A DNA stretch of 64,000 nt, taken from positions 1,120,001-1,184,000 of the forward strand of contig CAWCLO010000001.1 in NCBI GenBank assembly GCA_963796455.1. Reading direction: 5' to 3'. Shown piece by piece: positions 48,807 through 59,260 of this stretch. The notes beneath the pieces are model-generated. The model ran no database searches. It was given only the letters and a program-made list of their open reading frames with translations, and was not told the DNA's origin. The DNA is from Candidatus Sulfomarinibacteraceae bacterium (GTDB taxonomy: Bacteria > Acidobacteriota > Thermoanaerobaculia > Thermoanaerobaculales > Sulfomarinibacteraceae). The position numbers and the translations under genes are program-made. The first letter of the stretch is position 1. Every line of letters starts with the position of its first letter.

Positions 48807-49100
48807 ATGCTGTTCGCTGTCGCTGCCCCGGCCGCTGGTCGTTGCCGCTGACTCCTGTTCGCCGACGCTGTCCCTCGCTGTCCCTGATCACCATCCGCGA
48901 AGCTGTTTTGGACAAGAGCGATCCAGCATCCAGTATCGAGTACAGGGTATCGAGCGACTATACGGTTCTCCCTTTCTCCTCCGCACCCGTGCCCCTCTGC
49001 CCCTCTGCCTTTTCCTCCAAGGTAACTTGCAGGAACGGGTTCGAGATCGGAGAGGTCGGTCTCCCTTTCTCCCCTTCTCCCTTTCCCCCTTTCTCCCTTA
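48807..49100. repeat. Right half of the STR cassette (HCGCTG, CAAGA motif, CCAGCAT, CCCCTCTG, CCCTTTCT)
   Basis: Colinear with 17556-17772. Confidence 0.85.
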
Positions 49101-49136
49101 CTCCTCACTGCGCTATCATGACCCGCCGGGGGAGCT

Positions 49137-50492
49137 GTGGTCGAAGACTTTGCCGAACGCGAACTGATCGAGGAGCTGCAAGCCCTTCTTCACGATGGCG
49201 AAGAAGAGGCTCTGCAGATATTTCTCCGCCTGGTTCGCCCCGAGGACATCGCCGAATGGCTTGATCTGTTATCGGTCGATGCTCGGCAACAGATCCTCGG
49301 TGCCCTCGATCATGAAGCGGCCGGTACCGTTCTCAACGACACCACACCATTGATTCGCGCAGAGCTCGTCGAAGAAATCGAACCCAGACGTCTGGCTCGC
49401 ATTGCCGAGGCGCTGCCCGCGGACGAGGCTGCAGATCTGATCGGTGAACTCGAAACCGACGATTACGAGCGGGTTCTCCATCATATTTCCACCGAGGACG
49501 AAGAAGTCCTCCGTCACCTGCTCACTTATCCTGAGGACACCGCCGGCGGCATCATGAATCCGGAGGTGGTGGCCCTCCGACCCGAAGAAACGGTTGATGA
49601 CGCCATAAGTTTCCTACGAACCGCGGAGGCGGAGACCGTCACCGCAGCTGTTTATGTCGTTGACAACGAAGGACGGCTGCAGGGATTTGTCCGGTTGCGC
49701 CGGATGGTCACCGCCCGCCCTGCGACGAAACTTGGCGACATCATGTCCACCGATGTGATCTCGGTGCAGGTGGACACCGATCAGGAAGAGGTCGCCGACC
49801 TGGTCGACAAGTATGACTTCATGGCCATGCCCGTGGTCGATGAAAACAACCGATTGATGGGCGCGGTAACGGTTGACGACGTTCTCGACGTGATCGAAGA
49901 GGAAGCAACCGAGGACATCTACAAGATGGCCGGTTCGTCGGTCGAGGAGGAGGAGTCGGCATCGATTCTCCACGTCGCACGCTACCGTTTGCCCTGGTTG
50001 CTCGTTTGCCTGGCGGGAACGCAGGTTTCTTCCTTTGTTCTCGTTTTCGCTGCAAGGGAAGTCAGCCTCTATGCCCAGATGTCCGTCTTTACTGCAGCCA
50101 TTATGGCGATGGCCGGTAATACCTCCCTGCAAAGTTCGACCACAACGGTGCGCCGCCTCGCCCTCGATACGCTTCCGAGAGCTCGCTTTTTGAGCCACAT
50201 CCTGCGCGAAATCGCGGTCGCTCTTTTGATGGGTGTGATTTGCGGCGCGGTCGCTTCGGCGCTTGCCCTGTTGCTTCACAACAATCCGCTGATCGGATTC
50301 GCCCTGGGCCCGGCAATGGCCATTGGAATGTCGGCCGCGAGTCTCCTGGGAACCGCCATGCCGATGGTCCTGGACATCGCCGGTGTCGATCCGGCGATAG
50401 CATCAGGCCCTCTGGTTTCAACCATCAACGACTCACTGGCATTGACCGTGTACTTTTTGGTAGCGACAGGGCTGTTGTTGGTGATCGGTTGA
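49137..50492 (+). CDS. mgtE: Magnesium transporter MgtE
   Basis: YPEDTAGGIM, CBS pair, RLPWL, AGNTSLQS, DPAIASGP. Confidence 0.93.
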   Translation: MVEDFAERELIEELQALLHDGEEEALQIFLRLVRPEDIAEWLDLLSVDARQQILGALDHEAAGTVLNDTTPLIRAELVEEIEPRRLARIAEALPADEAADLIGELETDDYERVLHHISTEDEEVLRHLLTYPEDTAGGIMNPEVVALRPEETVDDAISFLRTAEAETVTAAVYVVDNEGRLQGFVRLRRMVTARPATKLGDIMSTDVISVQVDTDQEEVADLVDKYDFMAMPVVDENNRLMGAVTVDDVLDVIEEEATEDIYKMAGSSVEEEESASILHVARYRLPWLLVCLAGTQVSSFVLVFAAREVSLYAQMSVFTAAIMAMAGNTSLQSSTTTVRRLALDTLPRARFLSHILREIAVALLMGVICGAVASALALLLHNNPLIGFALGPAMAIGMSAASLLGTAMPMVLDIAGVDPAIASGPLVSTINDSLALTVYFLVATGLLLVIG

Positions 50493-50606
50493 GACGCTAA
50501 CAGGACCGTTCTCGCAGTCGCAATCGGCATCCAACCCGCCTGGCCAACACCAATCTGACATGCCGATAGCGACAGCACCCTCATCCTGAAGGGGAGTCGC
50601 GAATCC

Positions 50607-51887
50607 TCAGACCGTGACCAACGACTCCACGGCCGAAGGGTAACCAAAGAAATAGCCCTGTTGCAGCTCGATCCCGAGTTCCTGAAGGACTCGGACCTCG
50701 TCCTCTGTCTCGACGCCTTCGGCAATCACGAGGGACTGGCTGTCCTCGGCAAATCGGATGATCGCCGACACCAGGTTTCTTTTGATGGGTTCGTCGGGCA
50801 GATCGCGGACCAGCATTTTGTCGAGTTTGATGAAATCCGGCTGCAGATCCGCGAGCACGTGGAGGGCGCTGTAGCCCGTTCCCATATCGTCGATCGCGAT
50901 CCGAAATCCGTGTTTTCGAAGTTCGGCGATCCGCTCACGAAGACGGGCCGCACTTTCGGCGTAGGTGCGTTCGGTGATTTCGAGAACACACTCGCTCGGC
51001 GACCGGCCGGCCTCTTCGAGTCGGCCCCGTAACCCCGTCCCCTCCGATTCGATGAATTCGAGTCCGAGCATGGAGAGATTGAGAAACAGGACCGCGCCCT
51101 CGGGAAGTCGGCAAGCGTTGCTCAGGGCCCGCTCCACGCACAGCAGTTCAACCTCGCCGAGCATCCCAGCTCTTTCGGTGAACCCAAAGAGATTGTCGGC
51201 TGATTCGAGATAACTTCCTTCGGGCCCCCGGCTCAGCGCCTCGAAGCCGAGAATCTCTCGATCGGGCAGCCGGACAATCGGTTGAAACAATGTGTGGACC
51301 GTCCGATCACGGAGTATCCGGCGGACCTCACCGAGACGGGCCTGATCGAGCGCCTCACCTCGACGGTGGAAATCTTGTCGAGCTTCGAGGATACCGTTGT
51401 AGATGGTGCGCTCGACACGCAGCGCGGGCCGCATCTTGATGACGCCCTGACCGACTCTGACGGATACCCGTTCCGTCTCGCCGGTCTCGTCGGTGATCGA
51501 GATGCCGTCGATGAGCGAATCGTGCAGCCTGCCCGCTTCCATGTGATCGGAGAGAATGACAAGGAAAATGTCACCCCGCACGTTTTCCTGGCACAACAAG
51601 CTTCCCGATTCCGAGGTTGCCTCGAGGAGGCCGCTCAAATGTCCGGCAACACTGCGGAGCACGGCGTCGTATCGTTCCCAGCCGACGATCCGTTCGAGAT
51701 GCTGCTCATGTTCGATACGAACGAGCATCACCTGCAGGGTCTCCCGCTCATCCAGCATTCTCCGGATCCGATCGATCACCACGGGAAGTGTCGGAAGCTT
51801 GGTGACCGGATCGAAGAGGCTGGCTCGGTACTGAAGAATCCTCGTCTGCAGTTCGACCGGATCGGTGTTCTTGAAACTGCTATTCAC
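50607..51887 (-). CDS. EAL-domain c-di-GMP phosphodiesterase with degenerate GGDEF-like N-terminus
   Basis: FQPIV, EALSRG, LEITE, AIDDMGTGYS, IKLD, AEGVE, QGY; GTG start 51887 overlaps the RR stop. Confidence 0.85.
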   Translation of the reverse strand: MNSSFKNTDPVELQTRILQYRASLFDPVTKLPTLPVVIDRIRRMLDERETLQVMLVRIEHEQHLERIVGWERYDAVLRSVAGHLSGLLEATSESGSLLCQENVRGDIFLVILSDHMEAGRLHDSLIDGISITDETGETERVSVRVGQGVIKMRPALRVERTIYNGILEARQDFHRRGEALDQARLGEVRRILRDRTVHTLFQPIVRLPDREILGFEALSRGPEGSYLESADNLFGFTERAGMLGEVELLCVERALSNACRLPEGAVLFLNLSMLGLEFIESEGTGLRGRLEEAGRSPSECVLEITERTYAESAARLRERIAELRKHGFRIAIDDMGTGYSALHVLADLQPDFIKLDKMLVRDLPDEPIKRNLVSAIIRFAEDSQSLVIAEGVETEDEVRVLQELGIELQQGYFFGYPSAVESLVTV

Positions 51888-52266
51888 TCGGTTCGCCTTG
51901 GGAAACTGCCAGGAGTTGACGAACCTGGCGAACCAGCTCACGAGGAGAGAATGGCTTGCAGATATACGCGTTGGCACCGAGTTGCAGCGTTCCAAGCTGA
52001 TCCTGATGCCCGCTGCGGGCGCTGACCACGAGGACGGGCACATCGACACCGTTCGGATCGAGGCGCAGGAGTTTGAGCAGCTCCATGCCATCGAGGTCGG
52101 GCATCATCAGATCGAGTAAAACGAGATCCGGAGGATCGGCGAGCAACCGCGCGAGCGCCGAGCGCCCATCGGTGTCCGTGTCGACCTCAAAACCGTCGGC
52201 GCGGAGGATAGTCGCGAGGAGGTCGACCATATCCGGTTCATCATCAACAACGAAAAGACGCGTCAT
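51880..52266 (-). CDS. Single-domain response regulator
   Basis: VVDDE, LDLMMPDLDG, SA, KPF. Confidence 0.92.
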   Translation of the reverse strand: MTRLFVVDDEPDMVDLLATILRADGFEVDTDTDGRSALARLLADPPDLVLLDLMMPDLDGMELLKLLRLDPNGVDVPVLVVSARSGHQDQLGTLQLGANAYICKPFSPRELVRQVRQLLAVSQGEPSE

Positions 52267-52284
52267 CAAACCTCCCTCCCGGTG

Positions 52285-53862
52285 TTATTGCACGTCACGC
52301 GCGGCTTCCACTTTAGCAGAGGTGGGGCCCCCGGCGAGTCTTTCTCCACCCGCCCCGATCGTCGGCAACCAGACAAAAAAGGTCGAACCGACCCCGGGCT
52401 CACTCTCCGCCCAGACCGACCCGAGATGGGCCTCGACGATGCTTCGGACCAAGGAGAGCCCGAGACCCATGCCACCAAATCTGCGGCGAGAGCTCGGATC
52501 AACCTGGTGGAATCGATCGAAGATCCGAACCAACTCCGTGTGCGGTATGCCGACACCGCTATCCTGCACCCTCACCAGAACCCCGTCCCGGTCTTCGTGA
52601 CGCCGGCGTTCTGCGATCACCAGCACCGAACCGGTATTCGCGCAGAACTTGACCGCGTTGTCGAAGAGATTCAGAAAGATGCGTTCGATCTGTTCGACAT
52701 TTGCCTCGAGACGCGGGAGATCCGATTCCACCCGAAGCGCGAGGTCCATTCCACGTCCTTCGATCCGAGGCTGAAAAGTGTCCGCAACACCCTCCAGGAG
52801 CAATTTGAGATCAACCTCTTCTCGTTGCGCGTCGAGGGCGGTAAACCGATCCAGGTGCGCCAGCTGAACGAGTTCTTCCACACGCAAGGAAAGTCGCTGG
52901 ACGTTTTTCTGACAAATCGTCACCGCACGGTGGGCTTCATCGGGCATGCTTCCGAGGCCACCGTCCGACATCAACTCCAGATAGCCGCGAAGGGCGGTGA
53001 GCGGTGTCTTGAGCTCGTGCGACACATTGGCCACGAGATCGGCCTTGGTTTGATCGAGAGTTTCCAGCTCGCGGTTGGCCTCTCGAAGCCTGTGGATATT
53101 GGCGACCAGCTCGTCTGCCATCAAATTGAAGCCTTCGGCGAGCTCACCGATCTCGTCCGGGGAGTCGACCAACACCCGCTCATCAAGGTTTCCCGCCTGA
53201 AGTCGCTCGACACCTTCCCGCAAACGTTCGACGCCACGGGTGATGCCACCTGCCAGCCGCACCGACGACCACTGGGTCAGACCAAGGCCAATGGCAAGAA
53301 TGAGCGCCGACAGCCAAAGTGATGATCGCAACTGTCGATCCACGTTGTAATAGCTGAAGGTCCCGATTACCGAATAGTGGTGTCCTCCCCAGGGCATCAC
53401 CACCGGCGACACCACCCGGTAGACGCGCCGCCCGTCTCTCCCAACGATGCGAACCGCGGTAATTTCGAGACCCGAGATCGCGCGCAGCAATTCCCGGTCG
53501 GAAATGACCGGTGGGTTGCCTCCATCACCGTAAACAGCGACATTCGCAGCGTCCGCCTGGAGCTTCACCCGCCCGCGCACATCGACGACCTCGAGCCGTT
53601 CCACATCGCGGTTGAGTTCGCGCATTTCGACCACTTCCTGATCGAGCATGCCGCGGCCGGAGGACTCGAAGAAGACGACCTGATCAACCAGTCGATCACT
53701 GACCAGCGACGCATAGGTCAGGGCCGAGGCCTCCATATTCTGTTGCACGGCACGGTGGCGGAACACCACCAGCACAAGGGCGCTCAGGACCAGACTGCCC
53801 ACGACCGCAAAAGCGATGTAGCGGGCGATCCGCGTCTGCAGTCGGCCGTTCTTAGCCGGCAT
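52285..53862 (-). CDS. HAMP-domain sensor histidine kinase
   Basis: Two TMs, DEIGELA HAMP, SHELKTPL H-box, NAVKF, DSGVGI, GMGLGL. Confidence 0.93.
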   Translation of the reverse strand: MPAKNGRLQTRIARYIAFAVVGSLVLSALVLVVFRHRAVQQNMEASALTYASLVSDRLVDQVVFFESSGRGMLDQEVVEMRELNRDVERLEVVDVRGRVKLQADAANVAVYGDGGNPPVISDRELLRAISGLEITAVRIVGRDGRRVYRVVSPVVMPWGGHHYSVIGTFSYYNVDRQLRSSLWLSALILAIGLGLTQWSSVRLAGGITRGVERLREGVERLQAGNLDERVLVDSPDEIGELAEGFNLMADELVANIHRLREANRELETLDQTKADLVANVSHELKTPLTALRGYLELMSDGGLGSMPDEAHRAVTICQKNVQRLSLRVEELVQLAHLDRFTALDAQREEVDLKLLLEGVADTFQPRIEGRGMDLALRVESDLPRLEANVEQIERIFLNLFDNAVKFCANTGSVLVIAERRRHEDRDGVLVRVQDSGVGIPHTELVRIFDRFHQVDPSSRRRFGGMGLGLSLVRSIVEAHLGSVWAESEPGVGSTFFVWLPTIGAGGERLAGGPTSAKVEAARDVQ

Positions 53863-54170
53863 GACTCACCGGCTTTCCGCTGTGCGAAAGCGGGGTGGCG
53901 TGGCCACGGGGTTCTGTCTCCTTCCGCTGCAGCACCAATGGTGAGAAGCCCGGTCTTCGAATCACGGCAGTGCCACCGCCGGCTCGAAACCAACCAACAC
54001 GTCCTGGCTCGCCATCTCAGTCCATTCCAATCCGCCGAAAGAATGAGTCCGCCACACACAAGACATCACCGCGCGAGCATTTGAAAACTGCAAACGGGCC
54101 CAAGCTGTCAACCTGCGTGCGTCAATTCGATCATACCCTGCGTAACGCGCAACGGCCGACTGGACTGGTG

Positions 54171-55070
54171 TCATTCGAGGTTTTGAACCTGTTCCCGAAC
54201 TCTTTCGGCGGCAGTCTTGGCATCAACCAATCGGTCAGCGACACCGATTTCACGGCACTTCGAACCGAGAGTGTTGAGCTCCCGGTGGATCTCCTGGCAC
54301 ATGAAGTCCAATGTCCGGCCGACGACCCCTCCAGCCGCCAGTCGTTCGGCAAAGGTCTCAAAATGAGCTCGAAGTCGAACCACCTCTTCAGCCACATCGG
54401 CACGATCGGCAAGGAGGGCGGCCTCCTGCGCCACTCGCTCGGGATCGACCACCGTTCCGGGCTTCAAGAGCTCGGCAATACGCTCCCCGGTGCGTTCCAG
54501 GACCCGGCTGCGAAACTCCGGCATCTGAGGCTCGAACCAATCCACAAACGAGGTCACCAATGCCAATTCGGTGCGAATCTGGAGAGCCAGCTGTTCACCC
54601 TCCCGCAGACGCATAGCGACCGCTTCGTCGACCGCCGAATCCACGACCCCTCGCAGGGCAAGCCGTTCCTCATCGTCGAGAATCGTCTCTGGTGCGGAAA
54701 TCGTGATTAGACCGGGTACTGCGAGCACATCGGCAGCGCTGAGCGGCTGAGGTGCAGAGCCTTCCGGCGAGTCGATCCGCCCCAACTGGTTGAGGACATC
54801 CTGAATCGCGTCGGCATTGACCTTCACAGCAACAGCTGGAGCGCTGTTCCATTCCAGATTGAGCTGGGCGGTCACCCGGCCTCGCTGGAATCGATCGGCG
54901 ACCGAGGACCGGGTCAGCGCCTCGATCTCGGGGGCCTCTTCCCTGAGGTTTGTCTTCACCTGTATGTCCAGATACCGGTGGTTGACGGAGCGGACGACGA
55001 TCCCCGCACCGAGGCGATCTGAAAGCCGGCCCCTCGCCCGACCAAAACCTGTCATGCTCGCCAGAGTCAT
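54171..55070 (-). CDS. yicC: YicC/YloC-family endoribonuclease
   Basis: SMTGFG, RSVNHRYLD, GRTLDF, EIHRELNTLGSK, REQVQNLE. Confidence 0.92.
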   Translation of the reverse strand: MTLASMTGFGRARGRLSDRLGAGIVVRSVNHRYLDIQVKTNLREEAPEIEALTRSSVADRFQRGRVTAQLNLEWNSAPAVAVKVNADAIQDVLNQLGRIDSPEGSAPQPLSAADVLAVPGLITISAPETILDDEERLALRGVVDSAVDEAVAMRLREGEQLALQIRTELALVTSFVDWFEPQMPEFRSRVLERTGERIAELLKPGTVVDPERVAQEAALLADRADVAEEVVRLRAHFETFAERLAAGGVVGRTLDFMCQEIHRELNTLGSKCREIGVADRLVDAKTAAERVREQVQNLE

Positions 55071-55150
55071 CCTGCCTCCTTTTTCACTGAGCGTACGGAT
55101 CAGAATACAGGTTCTGAGGCTCTGGATCGAGCAGAAAATCTGCTCCGCAC

Positions 55151-55557
55151 GATACTCGATGCTGGATGCTCGATACTGGATGCTGGATGCTGGATGCTGG
55201 ATGCTGGATTCCGATCCAGGATGGCAGAGGAGCACGGGAGCGGAGGGGCAGAGGACCGCTCGGCATCTTCGCTGTCGCTATCGGGATCGCTATCGCTATC
55301 GAACGGCTGCGGTGGATACCTTTCCTGAAAGGGAGAAAGGGAGACAGTAGGTCCGCTCTTTTCGATCGCCACCACATCGACAACGATTCCGAATGTGAAT
55401 CTTATCTGCGTAGATCCTTCGACTCGGTCGCGAAGCTCCTTCGCTCAGGATGACATTCGGCCAGTGGTGCCACGGCCAACACAGCCTCATGTCATCTGCG
55501 TGATCTGCGGTTTCTCATGGGATGTTCGGCGAATTCCGAAATCCGAATTCCTAATTT
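55151..55557. repeat. STR mosaic: (GATGCTG)n, GCAGAGG, ATCGCT, GGGAGAAA, half REP (55412-55456), TCTGCG nonamers, (TTCCGAA)n
   Basis: Read directly; homology to 19630-19775 and to the REP at 24837-24882. Confidence 0.85.
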
Positions 55558-56166
55558 TCAAAATTCTGGTTCGCGTTTCTCGAGAAAGGCCCGTGCTCCT
55601 TCGGCCGGGTCGCCGGAGGCAAAGAGCAATCGAAAGGTGGCCAATTCCAGGGCGAGGCCGGCGCTGCCGGTCGCCGACGAGCGGATGAGATCGCGCACCG
55701 ACGTCAAAGCCGGCACCGAAGAGGCGGTGGGCAAGGGCAGCGGATCGCCGGTGGGGATCACCGCCTCCGCCAATCCAATCGTGGCCGCCTCGGTTGCTGC
55801 CACGTCGGCAGTATCGAGCAGACCACGGAACAGAGCACGGCGCCCACGCCGAGTGAGTGCCCAGAGAACGCCCGGATTGGGCGCCGCCGAACTCAGCGAG
55901 AGCCTGAGAATCGCGTCCGGTCGGAGGTAGACGAGGTCAGAACACAGAGCCACCTCCAGCGCGGGAGATGCCACCGTCCCGGCGACATCGGCCACCGTGA
56001 CGGCACGGCTACGGGTCCAGGGTTCAAGGTCACCCCATGCGATGGCCTCACCGTCACCGCCCTGACGGAACTCGGTAATCAAATAACCCGGTTCAAGGGA
56101 GAGATCGACCAGATCGCGGAGCTGCCGTGCCGGATCGAGATCGTGATTCCAACGAGCTGGATTCAT
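55558..56166 (-). CDS. Degenerate enoyl-CoA hydratase/crotonase-like protein
   Basis: ALCSDL, EAATIGL and C-terminal D.AEGARAFLEKREPEF; glycine oxyanion motifs not recognisable. Confidence 0.6.
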   Translation of the reverse strand: MNPARWNHDLDPARQLRDLVDLSLEPGYLITEFRQGGDGEAIAWGDLEPWTRSRAVTVADVAGTVASPALEVALCSDLVYLRPDAILRLSLSSAAPNPGVLWALTRRGRRALFRGLLDTADVAATEAATIGLAEAVIPTGDPLPLPTASSVPALTSVRDLIRSSATGSAGLALELATFRLLFASGDPAEGARAFLEKREPEF

Positions 56167-56489
56167 GTCCCAAAGTGTAGCCCGGATATCCGAAAGAGCA
56201 GGCGATCGAGATCATCAATTCTGGGGCCTGGAGATGATCTTACGGAAAGCCGGAGGCGGTGACGACGAAAATTTGATCCAGCAATTGTGATATCGAGACG
56301 ACGCCCGACCTTGCGGTCGCACCCGGCACGTTCTCGGGCCGGATTGCGTTGCGGAATCGACTCCGCCCCACACCCCGTTTCCGCGTCTAGCAACCTTCAT
56401 GCCCAAAACACGATTCAAACTCGGCACGCGTCAAAGAAATCTCTTTTAAATACATGCATTGAAATCACTTAACTCAATTCTGAAGAATA

Positions 56490-56498
56490 TGTTACAAT
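56490..56498 (+). promoter_or_regulatory. Putative extended -10 promoter (TGtTACAAT) for pepA in an AT-rich tract
   Basis: AT-rich 56430-56500; GGAGG RBS at about 56520. Confidence 0.45.
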
Positions 56499-56538
56499 AC
56501 GCGGCCGAATCGAAAACAGGGAGGAATCACCTCACTTT

Positions 56539-58029
56539 ATGGCAGATCTGCACCAGTTCCGTACAGCCCCCGAAGAACCCCTCGATTGTATTTACATCCT
56601 GCAGGGCACCGGTAAGGATCCCATCGGGGATCTCGAGTTCTCAGCCAAGGAAAGAAAGTCTCTGCGAGCCAAGGCCAAGGCACTTGGCCCCCAAGGCGAA
56701 GCGGGCGAGATCATTTCGGGCGAGTGTCCCCTGGATATTGCGCACCGGATGACCTTTGTCGGTGTCGGCGACGAGAAGAAGATCACTCATTCGACCATGC
56801 GCAAGGCCCTCAACACGGTCATGCAGCAAGCGACGAAGAACCGCGAATACCAGATCGGCCTCGCCGTTCCGGTGCGGGTCCACGGCCTCTCGGAGGCCGA
56901 CTCACGCCTCTTTGCGCTGCGTGAGGCTTCGATCTCGGACTACACCTACGATGTCTTCAAATCAAAAAAGAATGAGTTCGAGAAGATCGATGGTCTCCAC
57001 ATCTTCCCGCTCGCAAAAGAGACCGAGGAGTTGCTCGAAGAGCGGCTTCAAAGGGTTCGCCTGCTGAGAACCTCGCAGCAGCTTGCTCGCGATCTCGGAA
57101 ATCGCCCCGCAAACGATCTCACCCCGGAAGCTTTCGGCGTCGCCGCCAAAGAGATGGCCGAAGAGGTCAGCGGTCTTCGGGTCACGATCATGGGAATGAA
57201 AGAGCTGCTCAAAGACAAAATGGGCGGCATCCTCGGTGTGAGCCAGGGCTCGGCCGAGGAACCACGGATGATCGTGATCGAGCACCGTCCAAAAAAACCG
57301 AAAAAATCGATTGTGCTGATCGGCAAGGGCGTGACCTTTGATTCCGGTGGAATCTCCCTCAAACCCTCCAAGGGCATGGGGTGGATGAAGTACGACATGT
57401 GTGGCGCTGCCACCGTGATGGGTGTGATGAGGGCAGTCGCCGACCTCGATCTGCCGATCAAGGTCGTCGGCCTGATTCCGGCGGTCGAAAACCTGCCCTC
57501 AGGCACCGCCATCAAACCGGGCGACGTGCTGACCATGGCCAGCGGCAAGACCGTTGAAGTCGACAACACCGATGCGGAAGGCCGTTTGATCCTGGCCGAC
57601 GCCCTGCATTTTTCCGCTCGCTTCAACCCCGACATCGTCATCGACTATGCGACTCTCACCGGGGCCTGTGTGGTTGCTCTGGGTCATGAAGCCGCCGGAC
57701 TCATGGGCAACGACGATGACCTCCTTGAAACCCTGAAAAAGATCGGTGAGGGCGTTGGAGAACGAGTCTGGCCGATGCCGCTCTACGAGGAGTATCTGAG
57801 CTACCTCAAGAGCGATTGGGCAGATCTCAAGAACGCCGGCAGCCGCTGGGGCGGTTCCTTGACGGCGGGCTGCTTCCTGGAACAGTTTGTTCCCGAGAAG
57901 GTCAGTTGGGCGCACCTCGATATCGCGGGGGTCGCGTACAACGAGCACGAGCACAACGGTCTTCCGACCGGGGCTTCAGGCTTTGGAGTTGTTTTGACGG
58001 TCAACTTCCTCGAGCAACTGTTGAAGTAG
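56539..58029 (+). CDS. pepA: Leucyl aminopeptidase (M17)
   Basis: GKGVTFDSGG, MKYDMCG, NTDAEGRL, ATLTGA, WAHLDIAG. Confidence 0.95.
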   Translation: MADLHQFRTAPEEPLDCIYILQGTGKDPIGDLEFSAKERKSLRAKAKALGPQGEAGEIISGECPLDIAHRMTFVGVGDEKKITHSTMRKALNTVMQQATKNREYQIGLAVPVRVHGLSEADSRLFALREASISDYTYDVFKSKKNEFEKIDGLHIFPLAKETEELLEERLQRVRLLRTSQQLARDLGNRPANDLTPEAFGVAAKEMAEEVSGLRVTIMGMKELLKDKMGGILGVSQGSAEEPRMIVIEHRPKKPKKSIVLIGKGVTFDSGGISLKPSKGMGWMKYDMCGAATVMGVMRAVADLDLPIKVVGLIPAVENLPSGTAIKPGDVLTMASGKTVEVDNTDAEGRLILADALHFSARFNPDIVIDYATLTGACVVALGHEAAGLMGNDDDLLETLKKIGEGVGERVWPMPLYEEYLSYLKSDWADLKNAGSRWGGSLTAGCFLEQFVPEKVSWAHLDIAGVAYNEHEHNGLPTGASGFGVVLTVNFLEQLLK

Positions 58030-58055
58030 CAGTGCCGATCCAAATCGGAGAAACC

Positions 58056-58082
58056 AAACGCCGCGGTCGACGCGGCGTTTTT
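58056..58082 (+). terminator. Rho-independent terminator-like hairpin
   Basis: AAACGCCGCG-GTCGA-CGCGGCGTTT-TT. Confidence 0.6.
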
Positions 58083-58099
58083 CCGTTGCCGGGGGGGCC

Positions 58100-59242
58100 G
58101 TGAACACGCCGCTGGCTATGCCCTCATCTCTGAAAATCGGACCTATCGAAGTATCACCACCGGTTGTTCTCGCACCGATGGCCGGGGTCACAAACTATCC
58201 CTTTCGAACCATCTGTCGCCGCTACGGTGCCGGTCTCTACATCAGCGAGATGATTACCGCCAGGCCGCTGGTGGACGGCCACGAAAAGACCCTCAAATTG
58301 GCCGACTTCGGCCCCGGTGAAAGCCCCCGCAGCCTGCAACTCTACGGAGTCGATCCACACTACGTGGGTGAAGCGGTCTCCAGGCTGGTCGGAGAGGGAC
58401 GCATCGACCATCTCGACCTCAATTTCGGCTGCCCGGTCCGCAAGGTGACCCGCAAGGGAGGCGGTGCCGCAATCCCCGCCAAACCCCGTCTGTTGACCGC
58501 CATAATTCGCGCTGCGGTTCGCGCGGCAGGCGAGGTTCCGGTGACCATCAAGTTCAGAAAAGGCATCGATGACGACCACCTCTCGTACCTCGAATCGGGA
58601 CACATCGCCGAGAGTGAAGGCTGCGCCGGCGTCACCCTGCACGCCAGGACCGCAGCCCAACTCTATGACGGCCGGGCCGATTGGGACGCGATCGGCGAGC
58701 TCAAACAGGCTCTTTCCACAATTCCTGTGATCGGCAACGGCGACATCTGGGTGGCCGCCGACGCCATGAGAATGGTGCGCCAAACCCAGTGTGACGGCGT
58801 CGCCATCGGCCGCGGTTGTCTCGGCCGGCCCTGGCTCTTCCAGGACCTCGACGACGCATTTTGCGGCCGAGAGCCCCGCACTCCCCCTGATTTTGGAGAA
58901 GTTGCGGATCTCATGATCGAACACCTTCACATGCTCGCGGAGTGGTTCAACGAGTCGCAGGCGATCCGAGGTTTTCGCAAACACGCCGGTTGGTATACGA
59001 GAGGTTTTGCTTCCAGCGCGCAACTTCGCGACCGGCTGATGCGGGTGCAATCGGTGTCGGAATTCGAAAACGTGGTCGCAACCGTCGACCGTTCGTTGCC
59101 CTATCCACAATCAGCCCATCTGGTCCGCCGCGGCAAACGCAGCGGAACCCAGAAAGTTGTCCTTCCCAACGGATTCTGGGACGACCCGAACGACGCCACC
59201 CCTCCAGATGCCGAGGCGGAACAGAACATCTCCGGGGGCTGA
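58100..59242 (+). CDS. dusB: tRNA dihydrouridine synthase DusB
   Basis: LAPMAGVT, DLNFGCP, LHART, IGNGDI, IGRG. Confidence 0.92.
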   Translation: MNTPLAMPSSLKIGPIEVSPPVVLAPMAGVTNYPFRTICRRYGAGLYISEMITARPLVDGHEKTLKLADFGPGESPRSLQLYGVDPHYVGEAVSRLVGEGRIDHLDLNFGCPVRKVTRKGGGAAIPAKPRLLTAIIRAAVRAAGEVPVTIKFRKGIDDDHLSYLESGHIAESEGCAGVTLHARTAAQLYDGRADWDAIGELKQALSTIPVIGNGDIWVAADAMRMVRQTQCDGVAIGRGCLGRPWLFQDLDDAFCGREPRTPPDFGEVADLMIEHLHMLAEWFNESQAIRGFRKHAGWYTRGFASSAQLRDRLMRVQSVSEFENVVATVDRSLPYPQSAHLVRRGKRSGTQKVVLPNGFWDDPNDATPPDAEAEQNISGG

Positions 59243-59260
59243 AGTCCACACGGTCACTCA

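Noticed and set aside
53863..54170. Small ORF with possible TGA read-through, or c-di-GMP riboswitch, ahead of the kinase
   Set aside because: No redox motif around the TGA, no recognisable homology and no GEMM consensus; only a short GCTTTC/GAAAGC hairpin.
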